DNA of 64,000 bases from Camelus dromedarius (taxonomy: Eukaryota): the NCBI RefSeq assembly GCF_036321535.1, contig NC_087436.1, forward strand, positions 14,198,001 through 14,262,000, written 5' to 3'. The notes below the pieces were generated by a model, which saw only the letters and a program-made list of their open reading frames with translations, made no database searches and had not been told where the DNA came from. The position numbers and the translations under genes were made by a program. Of this stretch, positions 47,604 to 61,330 are shown piece by piece; position 1 is the first letter of the stretch; each line of letters begins with the position of its first letter.

Positions 47604-48654
47604 AGGCATCAAAATGATAAAAAAGTACCTCATTTCTACCAAATGAACTTTTTTCCAAATCAAATTTAGATTACGTATCTTTTTACCAGAAACACTGAGG
47701 TAATTTTTTTTAATGAGGTAATTTCTAGTTAAAATAAGTTATTAGTTTTAATATATTTACAGTTGTTAAGTCTTTCAAAGTAATTATTGGCTCTCCCAGT
47801 AATTCTATAAAATAGAGGTTTAAGTGTCCAACAACACTGGGGCAGTGGCTTGCCTTAAACATGTAATGAAAAGCTGGAACAAAATCATTCCCTGGTAAGA
47901 TGCCTCCCACCACTAGTATGTAAAGCACTAACTACTTTCTTTACTCCCAACTATTTAAAAAGGTATAATGATATGCTTTCCCTGCCCATCACGGATTTTT
48001 TTTCCAGTAAGTAAAAAGCCAGAAGAGTAACAAGCAGGAAAGTATACCTGTCTTGGCCTTTCACTAGGCTTGTGAAGTATAATTTTATGACTTTGTAATA
48101 GCTTGGAAATGCTTGTCATGAAAGCAACTACCAGCTGAGAAAGAGAAGCACTATCAGAAATACGGGCGTGGGCACTGGGGAGGGAGTGAGAGAAGGAAAG
48201 ACAAACACGAAAGTAAGTGGAGGTGGAAGAATAGACTTTATTTTTCTGACTCACTGGGATGGGTTTCAACAAATCACTGACAAGTAGGTTTAAAAAAAAA
48301 AGCATGCTATGAGGGAAAAAAGGGCAGTCCTGTTTTGAAAAGAAGATAACTGATGAAACACAATCTGTAAACTGCAGTAACACTGTTGCAAAACTATGCC
48401 TTATAATTCTTTATCCAGTGGTACATTAAACTTCTCAGTGCACAGGTTTTCTCCCCCTTAGCAGAAATGTCTATTGCCCTCTGTTCTATGGTTTACTGTG
48501 TTAGCTAACTCCCTGTCCTAACCCTTCCTCCCAAGAGTTCCAGGTTTAGATGAGACTGATAATGGCTTCTGTTTTCCGAGGTTATCTCCAAACTTCTTCC
48601 TCTGCTGCTTTAAGTCCCTTACTTGGAGCAGGTTTATAACATCACATTTACCTA

Positions 48655-48770
48655 AAAGCAGGGCCATGGAGTCAAACAGATCTAGATTTGAATCCTGGTC
48701 TGGCTGTGAAACTTTGGGCAAGTTACTTAACCTCTCTGAACCTCAGTACCACCATCTGTACACCAGTATA
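48655..48770 (+). mobile_element. MIR SINE
   Basis: GGAGTCAAACAGA...TTTGAATCCTGG...TTGGGCAAGTTACTTAACCTCTCTGAACCTCAGT...CATCTGTA. Confidence 0.75.
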
Positions 48771-50549
48771 TGATCATCTAGATCACAGATTATAAATGTA
48801 CATACAGATATTATACAAAATACTTATAGAGCGCTGCCTCCATATGCAGCTTACTCACAGATCAATGCCCATCAATTCACTTACTGTAGGAAGGGAATGC
48901 CCTAAAGATGCATCCATGGACCTGACCTCTAGGGGAAGAAATAAACCAGCAGGCTTTCAGAGCACAGTGATTTGTGCTTTAACTGGAGAAAGCCCTGGGC
49001 ACTATGGCAATACATACAGGAAGAAAGAAACTTTCAAGTTGCTGAAGGAAATATTAAGTGCATAAATCATTCCGGTTAGCACTTGAGGTCCTAGTTTAAA
49101 ATTAACTTAGGTCCAGAAGAGTAGTTAAGGAACCGGGTATTTCATTAGTTAGGTGAGCCTGTTCTCACTGGCCTTTGAACACTGGCAACAGGCACTTATA
49201 GATATACCAATGGCCCATTCAAACTCATCTTTATATTCACAAAATAGTTTTCCTTCATAAGTATGGCTGTGTATTTTATCTTGGAAAGCTAACTTTTTTT
49301 CTTCTCTTACACAGCTTAAAAAATTCCGATCCCATGTACCTAACAGCTGTTTATAAACTTAATGGAAAAGAGTTACCAAAATTTGTTAAAATAAAACCAT
49401 TATTTTTCTTGGGAAAAAAAAATCCATGCGCAGTAATACTATGCTGTGCTTTAGGAAGAGAACAGAAAGTACAACAAAAGCTTACAAATCATTTAAACAT
49501 ATGATCCAAGATTTCTTGAAGACTTTTTTCTGACCTGTGTCCACCAGTGCTCATGGTCCTCATGCTGTGTGGTCCTGCTTGAGTAATACTGCCACCTACA
49601 CCAGCAGGTACTTCCAGCCCACACTCATGTTTTCTTCATCAAATTCTAGATTTCTTCTTTCTCATGCTCCACTCAGCACGTTGTAAATAATTAACTATAT
49701 GTTCTCCATTAGACTGTTAAGTCACTTGTCAGCAGGGAGTTTGTCATAATACCATTACACAGTATTTCTTTAGGATTAGGTATTGTAACAGCTCAAAGTA
49801 AGCACCTTAAACAACTTACTGAATAATTTTAAAAAAGGATCTTTTGAAAAATTAAAGGAATATGGATAGAAAACCAGAATGTTATAAGGTTTAAGAGGAA
49901 TAAAGAAAAAAAACATAGTTATCAAATGATTTCTTTTTTTTAAATCTAACAAGCAAAGTGTAGATGAGTCATGGAAGGAATACACATATATGGTCAACAG
50001 GAAAGCACTGAGTCATTACTGAGAGGACTTCAAGGAAAGGTGAAAAAGAACAATGCAAAGTCAGGTTCTTAAACACTGCTAGTATCGTCTCAGATTTTAC
50101 TCAGAGATACTAACTAAAGGTTGAACTTTCAAGTAAATCACAGAGACTAACTACTAAGAACTAAAAACAAAAGTGCAATAATGCTCCTGCCATCAAAACC
50201 AATGCAGATTATCAGTGATCTGTTCCAATCTCAGGGTGATCACTTAAAAACTCATCTTTATCACAAAACCTGGCAAACAGACTTGGGTGATACTGAAGGC
50301 CGGCAAAACAAATGAAATGTGGATCAGACACACACACAGGTACCAACGGTTCTACAGAAAAGAGACACTGCAGTAGTAATGGTCAAGAAGTAAATTTTAA
50401 TGAGTGAATCCTATTCACTCAAAGTGAAAGGACTGAATACTTCCCCTCCCCTCCAACATAAACAACAAAAAAATGAGCTATCCTCCAAATGAGTTGATCA
50501 CTTTTGACCAAAAGAGGTCAGAAAACACAAGTACTTTAAACATAATTGC

Positions 50550-50584
<35 letters not shown>

Positions 50585-51065
50585 CAAACACCTATCCCTC
50601 TGGAAGGCTTTTAGATCTATGGTACAAAATACCTCTCCTTCACAAAAATTGCATGCTAGAAATCTTAGTACAACCAACAGAGAGACTGTATGAACTGGTC
50701 AGCAAGGCATGCTCTCTCTCCTGCATTTACCACTTGATGACTGCAAATTACCAACTGATTCTGGGTAGGTGTGGCTTGGGTGATACTAATTTCAAAATCA
50801 ACCCAGAACTCACTATTCTTTTTAGTTGCATGACTTATATAAAGATAGTTAAATTCTTCCTCTTTTCTAAAGAGAGAGAGGATGCAATGCAAATCATAGG
50901 CAAATGCTTCCTGCTCCATGTGGATACAGAAAAAGTTTTAAAGGGACCTGGGAGTCAAACCACTAACAGCAGCAAACATGGTACTGTACATGATATTTTC
51001 TGATGTAAATGTAAGGCACTGTATCACACCATTTCTAATCTATCACTTAAGATTAAACTGTTTTT

Positions 51066-51271
51066 AGATAAACAACAAGGACCTACTGTATAGCACAGGG
51101 AACTATATTCAATTTCTTGTAATAACATATAATGGAAAAGAATCTGAAAAAAAAAGTATCACTTAGCTGTACACCTGAAACTAATACTGTAAATCAACTA
51201 TACTTGAATAAAAAACAAAATTTAAAAAGTATATAAAAAACAAAGCAAACAAAATTCAACAACAAAAAAGG
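51066..51271 (+). mobile_element. 5'-truncated cetartiodactyl-type L1 3' end
   Basis: ATAAACAACAAGGACCTACTGTATAGCACAGGGAACTATATTCAA...TACACCTGAAACTAA...AATCAACTATACT; TSD TTAAACTGTTTTT (51053-51065 and 51272-51284). Confidence 0.85.
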
Positions 51272-51959
51272 TTAAACTGTTTTTCTATTCTTTTGAGGAC
51301 AGAATCAATCATTTGATTTTAAGCCAACAGGAAAATTACAGGCTATATAAATATGTATATTAGGCTATGTTTGAAAAGTAGAAATCTATTTGAGTCTCAT
51401 TCTGAAAAAAGAAGGTATACTATTTAAAAAACAAACATTTTCTAGCTATACTTATTTTCCTTTCTTTTAAAAATTAAATCTTACTCTTTGAATAGGTAGG
51501 ATCAAAACAGAAATGACAGAAAAAGAATATAATGACGAGAAGTCTCATTTTCAGTCCTGTCTCCAACTACTCTGGGTCCCCTTCTAGGTAAACGATTTTA
51601 ATTAGTTAATTCCTTTGATTTTTCTTTATGCAAATACAATAAAATGTAACTATACAGCATTATTTCCTTCTTCTTTTTTTTTTACACAAAAGGTATTGTA
51701 CCATATACACTGCTTTGCACCTTGCTCTTTTCATTTAATAGTATGTTCTGAGGATCTTTCTATCAATAGCATTCCCATTCTTTTTTTTTTTCCCCAACAG
51801 CTGAAAAGCATTCCATTGTATAAATGAAACATAGTTTATTCAGCTAGTCCTTTACTGCTGAACTGTTTCGGGTGTTTCTCATCTTTTAATATTACAAGTG
51901 ATCCTGCAACGAATAACCGTGTACGTCTGTCATTTCATCCTTGTGTTAGCTCTATCTAC

Positions 51960-53005
51960 CAGCCCAGCTTCATCCAGAGCTACTCTCCCCCAGTCCTCCT
52001 TATGCTCTGGCCTCACTGACCTTCAACTGGCTTTTGCATGTTCTATTCCTTCCTCCACACCTTTAGGGAACTCTTCTCCTGCCCTTTGGGTCTCAGCCCC
52101 AATGTTACTTCCTCTACCACACCAAGCCAAGTCCCCTTTGTAGACTCAGAAGACCCCTCTATTTTCCCTTTATTGTACTTATCACACCTGAATTTCTGTC
52201 ATTGTTTGATTAATGACCATTTCTCTTACTTGACTATAAGCTCTATGACTGTAAGACCATGTATTTCTACTCCTTAACCCAGTGACTGGCACATAAAAAG
52301 CAATTAATAAGTACTTGCTGAGTATTCCTTTAGGAATAAAATGTCAAATGTGCCAACTATACATCAATCTGCTGTATTTTACATGTATTTCTGTTTTATC
52401 TTTTAAATATCTCTTGAAACCTTCAATACACTCCACTTCCACTACCACCACCCTAATCCAAACTCCCACCATCTCCTTGTCCCACCTCCTATATTCACTC
52501 TTAAGTTCTTCTAAAATCTACACACCACACTTCAGACCAATCATTTGCCTAAAATTCTTTCAATGGCTTTCCGCTGATACTAAAATAAACCTCCCCCTAA
52601 TGTGGTTTATAAGGTTTGCATGGTCTGGTCCCCGTTTACCTCCCAGTCTTCTCTCTATGCTCTAGTGTTCTTTGAACTTGCCACACCTCTTCCTGCCACA
52701 GGGCTATTACACATGCTGTTCTTTCTACCTGGAATACTCTCTGCTTTTCACTTTACCTGGATAATGCTCAACATTACGTTCTCATGAAAGTCTGCCCTGG
52801 TCACTCATAACTGACCATGCACTTCTCCATCACAGCCAAAATTTTATATATATATTTTGATGTGATTTGATCAATGTTGTTTCTTTTACTGGGCTATAAA
52901 CTCTGAGGATAGAATTTTTTTTTTTTTTTTTTTTTTTACTTTTGCTCACTGGGTATCACCAATATCCATTATATACTTGATATATGTTTGTTAAATGAAT
53001 AAAAA
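51960..53005 (+). mobile_element. L2 fragments
   Basis: Pyrimidine-rich L2 body with 3' ends GGCACATAAAAAGCAATTAATAAGTACTTGCTGA and TGTTTGTTAAATGAAT. Confidence 0.6.
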
Positions 53006-54205
53006 AAGAACAGTAACAACATGAAATTATACAAATTACATGATCAAATACATTCAAGAATTAAGTCTGGAAGTAAAGTTGCAGGAATAAGGGACTCTTT
53101 CACAGGATCCAAGTGTAGGTAATCATATCTGGTGCAGTGTTAAGGTTGCTTACTATACTTACACATTTCAATCCATAAATACTTATTTTTTATTTAGAAT
53201 CAGGTAGGGTTCTTTAACCTACAGAACTTAATTTTACTTGACCTATGGGCAAATAGCAAGAATACTCTTTATGCCTCTAGCTATAGAAATAAAGATGACA
53301 GTAAATCACTGGCATGAATATTTTTTAAAATATCAAAAGTAAAAAGTTAGGTTTCTTTTGACAATGGGGAAAAAGATTTCAAGAGTGCACCTGCTCATAC
53401 ATATTAAGTAATGATTAACATACTCCTTAAAATTTGGCAACAAAGATCCATTTTTTAAAATCAGAGGTTTATATTTTTCCTCTCAAAGAGAAGAATATCT
53501 TTGTCCTCCAAGCTTTTCCAAACATTTACAGCATATTTTTACAAAAATGTACTAAGATTTGAGTATTTCCTATTATAGTACATATTTGTATAAAGCCACT
53601 AGGTCATCAGTGCTACATATATGGCTATCTTGTATTGCATGAGTATGTTACTTCTTGCTGGTTTTTTATTCTCTGTGTATTTTCCTCTTTCTCTGCCTTG
53701 CTGCTTTAGTTCACTGGATTTGTCTATGAAATAAGTCTGCAATATATTTGAAAAGAAGTCCTAATACACAGGATATCATATAATTATATATGAAACATAT
53801 GAGTGAAACATTTTTCCATGAACCTAATATCAAGAAAGACTATAATTTTTAAGAAAAATAATTTTTTAAAATTAAGTAACTACATTAATCAAATAAATGT
53901 CCATGGTAGATACCATGTCTGGCTCATCTTTTTCCGTACCCTGTGTCATCCTTTGAGTCACCGATGATAATAGAAAAAATCATGCATTTAATGGTTACAG
54001 CTAATTAACTGACATTACCTTAAAGTAAGAGTATATTTTATCTTTCTTAAAATAAGAATATAACAAAATTAATGGGCTCCTTAATTTTTATTTATATCCT
54101 CAACTGCTTGTTGAATCTTTTGATAAACTCAGGGTTTTTTCCCCGTAATATATTAGTAGCCCTGAAAAGATATTTTACTTCCACTCCCAAGTTAAATGAT
54201 AGTTA

Positions 54206-54263
54206 TTAAGGGAAATGTTAATTTTAAATTACTTTTAAGGGAAATGTTAATTTTAAATTGCTT
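54206..54263. repeat. 29-bp tandem duplication
   Basis: TTAAGGGAAATGTTAATTTTAAATT(A/G)CTT twice, one mismatch. Confidence 0.9.
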
Positions 54264-57200
54264 TTTTCACATTCTATGTGCTTCCAAACCATAACAAAAG
54301 TTTTTAAAAATGGTAAACATGGGTTGCTCACATTGAGCTGCATATTTTACTCTAATTTTTTGCTGCTTCCTCCCACAAAAACAGTATACACTGCAGACAA
54401 CAGAAGCATTTCAGAGAGCGTGTTTTGCCCTCACTAAATCAGAGTGAGGTAACCAGGAGTCACCCTTCTATCCCATTCTAGTTGACTCTCATTCACTTCC
54501 ATCTCCTCCGTTCCCTGCTGTGTGCCTCTAATTCTGGGAAGAAATGTAAACAGGCAATGGCTAAGTGACGACCGCACATTTATCACCACTGCTAGGCATC
54601 ATGACAGCTGTAACAGAAGGCACAGTACCTACTCTCACAAAGTCGACAAAGCACCAGAAGTTATCTATTTTATTACTCTTTACTAAAGTAGCCTATGTTT
54701 TGTTTTGCGCCTTGAAGGGAACAATAAAAGGTAAATAAACTGCCTTAAGTAAGAAAACAGCTCACGTTACATTATTTAAAGGTCTAGAAAAGCAGAAATA
54801 CTGATGAAAGGAGAAACCTTAGAAGAGCCTAATTAACTGTGTCCTTACTGTTACGCAACTCAATGCTGTTTAGTAAACAAGGATGAGACTATCAGAGGGT
54901 TGTTTAAGTTAAAGGCAAACACAGTGTATGGGGTGGAGTGGGGAGGTTTGGGGGGTGAACAGAGTAAGACTGCAAGCGGTAGAAGAATTCACATTTTCCA
55001 CTAAGGGTACATGACAAATATGGATTTGTGCACACATCTCTCAGCATTAATGCATGTACATACACACACAAGTCTGCACACACATATTTTACACACCTAT
55101 TCCCTTTGTTCTGCCGGAGAGAAGGCAGGCTAGACTAAGTATACATAAACACCTCAATTTTCTAAAATACAGCAAAGAATCCACTTCCCAATTCCTCTCA
55201 AAAATTTTTTCTTTAAATTCTAAAAATAAACAAAAATATTGTCATAATGTTTGGACAATAGAATGTATTACTATAGTCACAGGATGGTCTTCAGTCCTTT
55301 ACTCAATGACTATTTGCTTTTACTTTTGCACTATTCTAGCTGTTTGATTTTCTGGCCTGTCATTTTAGAAAAGAAGTGTTGCTATGGGAGGACACTCCAA
55401 AAGCCAGGATATGAGAACCAAAAGAAAGCCCCCCCAACTCCTCTACACCTAGCAAAAACAACAAACAAACAAACAACAACAAAAACAACTGCAAAAACAG
55501 CTCTAGAAAAAAGCAGTAATCTTCAGGACATCATCAAATTACAAAATAGCACACTCACTTATCTGATGTTTCAGATAATTTAGGTTTTAAAAAATTCAAT
55601 AAATGACATTTAAGAAATAGAAAGAGTATATTTTGTTAAGCTTCAAGTGCTAAGTAGATTCCCTGATAACTGTGTATAAAAGAATAGTAAGGGACAAATT
55701 CAGCTGTGGTTTAACAAAAGAAGAAGACCACCAGATCTGAGGCATTTTAAACTGTCAAGAAAGCAAACAGGGATGACAGGCAATTCCTAGGCCTGAAGGC
55801 TTGCTTTTTCCTTCCTTTGTTAGAGCTATTAAAAATAAAAGAAAAGGGTAAAAGTTGCTCAACAATAATAACAAAAAACAAAAGTTTTCTCATGGATCCA
55901 AGTCTTCACCCAAATTATAGTTGTTTATTGCTTAAAATAACAGAGACCAACATCTCTTTATAGTTTTAAGAAATTAAATAAAAAGATGAAAAGATCAGAG
56001 TTTCTTTATAAACTTTTAGACAAAGCTGATTAACGATTACTGAGTTGAAACTGAAACTCAGCTTGATGACAATTGTGGAAAACCCAAAACAAAGAGTATC
56101 TCTAGGCTCTCTAAGAACATAAAATCCATGAGAATAAAGGCAATTTTATTATTTTATTTTATAGTAAGAAAGGTCAAAAAGAAGAGAAGATGTGACAATA
56201 GCAACATTATTCCCAAAGTAATGACTTCTAAACCTCTACCTCTGGAACCCTGATCCTGTACATTCAAACTGCAAACCCACATCATAAACTTCCTACCAAC
56301 TGTTTCCATGTGAATATCGCCTCATCATTTCAAACTAAATACTGGGTTAAATAAAACAAATTCCCAACCTTCATCCCTCATAACCTTCAAGCCAAACCAG
56401 CTTCCTATGTTGATTTCTCAATTGCTGTCATGCAGCCTTGAAACCACTGTTCTTTCCTTTTAGTGCTAATGCACTGATCCTAGTCCAGACTCTACTGCTC
56501 AAAGAGTGTTTTTAAGACATAATTTTCTATTGCTCCCAACTTTTAAAATTCTTCAATGCCAACAAGATAAAACTGAACGTGAGAGCCATTTGACAGACAT
56601 TTACAATGTACAGAGATGAGCTGGCTCTTCATAAGCGTGCTCTCTTCTTCCTTCACTGCCCAGTGTGTCCTCTTTTTGCAGCCACAATTCAATCTTTACG
56701 TGATCAAGGGTCAATACCAACCAGCTTCCAACTACCTTTCTGATTCCCTCTTCCTTTAAAGCATTGAAGGTCATGTCCCACCGTGGCAGTCTACTTCTCC
56801 ATCATACACGTATTATCCCTCTATTCTTACAAGCAGGCCATTCCCCCTGACGGCGCAGATTCTCCTTCCAATTCTTTTAGACCCATCTCGATCTCTCAGG
56901 GTTAGGCTGAAGCCCTCTTCCTTTTGCAGATCTTGAAGATTTCCCCGAATGGCCAAGCCCACACTACTTCTGAACTTGTCGCCTGTAATCTGGAACTCTG
57001 CACATTCGTCTTTGGATTACTTGTTAACAAATGAACAGGCAAGTTGTACACGTCTTCTCCCCAACAGAATTACAATAAAAACACGATGACGTCCATAATC
57101 ACTTAAAGCAGCTACCATTTTTATTAAGTTCTTATGCTGTTGTCAAGGTGCTTACTGGGAGCTTTACATATTATCACTACCACTCAAATCAACCTTGTAA

Positions 57201-57295
57201 AGTAGACATTACTATCTCCTTTGTTATCTGTAAGGAATCAGGCTCAAAGGGGTAAGCAAGGTTTCTCAAATTGGAGGAATTTTAAGAATTGGAAT

Positions 57296-57508
57296 TTGTG
57301 CTGTCCAATACGATAGCCATTAGCCACATGTGGCTACTTAAATTTTAATTAAAATAACTTTAAATTTATTTAAATTTCAAGATAAAATAAAGGTTCACTG
57401 CACTAGCAACTTTTCAGGTGACCAAAGCCACGCTCGGCTAGTGGCTGCCAGCAGGGAAATGTGGCTACAGAGTAGCCCCATTACTGTAGACAGCTCTCCT
57501 GGACAGGG
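57296..57508. mobile_element. MER3-like hAT-Charlie element
   Basis: GTGCTGTCCAATA...GCCATTAGCCACATGTGGCTA...GCTAGTGGCT...TGGACAG. Confidence 0.7.
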
Positions 57509-58852
57509 AGGCTTTAGCCATCCAGCACATGCTAATGCCTCAGTACCACCACCGGTGTACCTGAAACAGCAGAGGCTTAATATATGTCTGCGTAATAGCT
57601 ATTTGCTTATTGCTATGACCAGAGGATACTACAGATACTAAAATAGTATAATTTACCTCTCAACCTATGAAAATAAATAATACAATGTTAGACAAGGGAT
57701 CACTAGAAGGAACATAAAAAGTTATCCTGAACAATGACAAAGGAGTAAGAAATGATTGTGAATTTTAAGCCTGAAATATTATGGCCAAAAAAACTATTTC
57801 CACTGTCAAATGATCAACGTATGTCTTCAGCAACTAGGTTAAGTTATTTTAGGTAGGAGAGCTGGCCAGGCAGACTGCTGAATGTACCTCAGACAATTCA
57901 TCATCCTTACCACCGAGACAGTACTGATTCTGTAAAGCCAAATTATATGATTTAACATATCAAACAAATACAGTTCATGTCTTCTGTTCCATCTTTCTAA
58001 TGCTGATTTCTGTTTGTACCAGCAAAATAGACACAAAGCAGTAGGGACACTGGTTAGGTTGAAAGCCACCAGGAGAAGGTGTGAAGATGATGACTTCTAG
58101 AAAATACCACCATTTCGGGTTTTTGTAACTCCGTTAAGACCATGAACTTTGTCTTCCTTCTCCTTCATCCCTTCACTCAGCAAGTGCCGGGCTCACAGTA
58201 GGAACCCCACAAAGATTTGTGAACAGGACATGGTACAGAAGACACTGTATTTTATTCATGTGCTCACCACAAGGTATGATTTATCCTCAATTTTCGGAGG
58301 AAAATACAAAAGTTTGGGGACTCTGCATCTTGTCCAAGCCCAAAAAGCTAGCAGGTGGTAGAAGTGGGTGTGGAACCTAGGTTTTCATATTCTTAATTCA
58401 GGATATTTTTGCAAAAGACATAGTCCAACTTGCCTATCTATCTGACTACACTGCTCAACTCTAGAGCACAGCAGAGGACAACAAAGGTCAAGTTGGCCAA
58501 GTTAGGGTAGAGAAGAGAGGACACAATTCCTCTTCTTCCTGTCACCTCTGTTCCTCCTTCCTGTCCACACTGGAACTACAGCTGACTTCCAGATACAACA
58601 CGGGGCTACTTCAGGCAGTAATGACCCTAGATTTAGACAGGCCCTATATCAGTTTTTGCAGTCCAATTCCCAGAGCTCAAATACTGATTTTGATGTTCCC
58701 AGGACCTAGGAGAACTTCTCCTGGGCACAAGAAAAGGAAGAGCCTAGCAATGTCACACACCTCTTCCCAGTGAGCGAAGAGCATTTCTACACAGAACAGA
58801 TCAGGGAGACAGAGTTCCACCAGGTGAGAAGTGAAGAACAATAGTAAATACT

Positions 58853-58993
58853 ACAGTACTGCATGATCTGCGGTTGGTTGAATCCCAGACAGGAACCCTA
58901 GATTCGGAGGACGGACTGTAAGTTACATGCGGATTTTCGACTACATGGAGGGTCAGTGCCCCTAACCTCTGAGTTGTTCAAGGGTCAACTCTA
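58853..58993 (+). mobile_element. MER8/Tigger2-like 3' fragment
   Basis: GGTTGGTTGAATC...GGAGGGTCAGTGCCCCTAACCTCTGAGTTGTTCAAGGGTCAACT. Confidence 0.7.
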
Positions 58994-59102
58994 TAACGAA
59001 AAACAGTTAACAGTAACAAAAAAGCTTTCTATTTATCTCTCTTTAGGGTGATTTTATTTTAAAGTCCACAGAAAGATCTCAAAAGGTGAAGAGTAAATTT
59101 AC

Positions 59103-59277
59103 CTTATTTTCTTCTAGAAATTTCAACTTGACAGAAACATCATTGCGCATTTTATCGTATTTTTCCTTATGTGCTTGGAACAGATGTTGTGATTGCTCTA
59201 TCTTTGGCAGAGTGTTTGCATCACGTGGTCCAAGATTCAGCTCTTCCAAATCGGTGCGATATGCATCATATTCAATT
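59103..59277 (-). CDS. ARFIP1: ARFIP1 (arfaptin-1) penultimate coding exon, AH/BAR domain
   Basis: Acceptor ttctcttctttccag|A then [58 protein letters not shown]; donor AAG|GTAAAT. This is the arfaptin-1 sequence. Confidence 0.96.
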
Positions 59278-59739
59278 CTGGAAAGAAGAGAACAAGTGAA
59301 GCAAACTACAAAACCAGTGTGAAACATGTCCAGGAGGTGAGGGGAATGACATAATAGTCCCATATTATACACTACTATATGATAATTCTCATACATATTT
59401 TACACATTATGCTTTTAAAACCATGTATTTAATACAAAGAGCTATTAATATAAGCATGGGGGCGGGCAGGGGGAAGCTGCTTCTTAATCTTATTAATAGT
59501 TCCTCTCCAAATACAGTATAAATTGACAAGAAAAATTTCTAAAATTTAAAAACCAGTTAAAAAAAAAAGATGTTAAACCTAATGCTAGCAAGATCAAGGG
59601 TAGTGATTAATTCCCCGTGAGAACTGGTTAATACTGATAAGGCAAAAAGCAGGTGAGGACAGCAGACTTTAGAATAACATACTTTAACTGTTAAAAGGGA
59701 GTTAACTGAGGGCCAGTGCTCCTTAAAGTCCAGTCTAGG

Positions 59740-60072
59740 CCAGCAATGCACACTAGAAAATGTAAGCCACATGTGCAACTTAAATTTTCTAGCAGTCATA
59801 TTAAAATAATAAAAACTAATTTCACCTGTTTAAACAGCATATTTTATGGTACTCACTGTATCCAAAATATTATCACCGCAACATGTAATCAATGTAAAAA
59901 ACTATTAATGAATCCTTTTACTTTTGCCAGGGCTAGAGGGGAGAGGTACTGAGTCTTTGAAATCCACTGCGGACTTTATGCTTCCATCACACCTCAATTC
60001 AGGCTGACCCCACTTCAAGTGCGCAACAGACACACGTGCCTAGTGGCTACTGTATGGGACTGTACACCTCCA
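59740..60072. mobile_element. MER33-like hAT-Charlie element
   Basis: AGCCACATGTGCAACTTAAATTTTCTAGCAGTCATATTAAAA...ATCCAAAATATTATCA..CAACATGTAATCAAT...CTAGTGGCTAC. Confidence 0.7.
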
Positions 60073-60557
60073 GATGGATTTCCGTAACATTAGTATTTAG
60101 AATATGACAATGGCATCTATTATACAGCACTTGTCACCTTGTGTTCCCTGAGATGCCGCTTCCTAACATTCTCCCACCACTAACTGAAAGTTACCCCAGC
60201 ACCATCATCCGTGGTCCCACAGCACCTCATAAAACCTCTGTCACAGCACTTGTGTAAGTATAATGCTACTTATTAGTGACTTATCCAGCAGTGTCAACTA
60301 TTCAAGTACTCAACTAAGAGGCAAAGTGACCTCTAATTTAGTCAAAATCAGCATCACAAAGTTTATGCTCTAAAACTAAAGCTCTTTATTGAAATATCTA
60401 TAGTACAATTCATGTCTCCTATTCTGGGAATTAATAAGTGGCATAAATATTGTATATTTGACCTGATAAAGAATACATCAGTCCCTCACACCGAGCCTAG
60501 TCTAGTCTTACCTGGTACTGAATTTAATAAACTTGACCTTTCAGGGCCAAAACCTTA

Positions 60558-61330
60558 TCATTCATTCATTCACTGATACAATGATTCATTCAGCAAATAT
60601 TAAGTGAGCACTTTCTATGTTTCAGGCACTGTGCAAGAAACTAAAGCTTTATCTGCTCATCTTCACAGCTCATCTTTGAGAAGCTTACTGTCTAGAGGGT
60701 GAGACTGTAGGCAACCACAACAAAGGGGATAATGGACACTGCCACGGGGAGGGCAGATAAGGAACAGCGGGAATCAAGAGGAAGAATGACTAAATCAGGT
60801 GTCTGAAAAGGCATCCCAGAATAGAATTGAAAACAATTAAAATTTAAAGGATGATAAGAGATTATGAGGTGGATCAGGGCAGGGAAATTGGTAGACCATT
60901 CCAGGCAGAGATAGATTTATAAGATACCATGACACATTTGGGAAGTAATTCAGTAATTTAAAACTTGAAGTTGGAACAAGACAAGGAATTAAAATCAGAC
61001 AGGAAGGCAGGACTGAGATTAAGCAGGGCCTGACAGGCCATTCTACAAGGGATCAGATTTAATCCAGTAGGACACTTGAGGGAAAGCCGTCCGAGAACTC
61101 TGATGTAGAAAGTGACATGTTCTATTTGCTCAGGGTAGAAAGATCACTCCAGGGGTAATATAAAGCATGGAAGACGGACTGGAGTAGATTATGAAATTAG
61201 AAGCAAGGAAACCAATTAGAAGACTTTGAGCAAAAGAGAAATGAGTCACTGAATCAGGACAATGACAGTAGAGCTAAGGAGGAGGAGACGGTTACTAAAG
61301 ATTTTGGAGGCAAGACTGACACAGTAATAA
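60558..61330 (-). mobile_element. L2 LINE fragment
   Basis: (CATT)n...CAAATATTAAGTGAGCACTTTCTATGTTTCAGGCACTGTGC...AGAAAGATCACTCCAG. Confidence 0.65.

Noticed and set aside
50473..51003. 176-aa ORF with a poly-Lys run
   Set aside because: The poly-Lys comes from a 30-nt A homopolymer; there is no homology or splice support.
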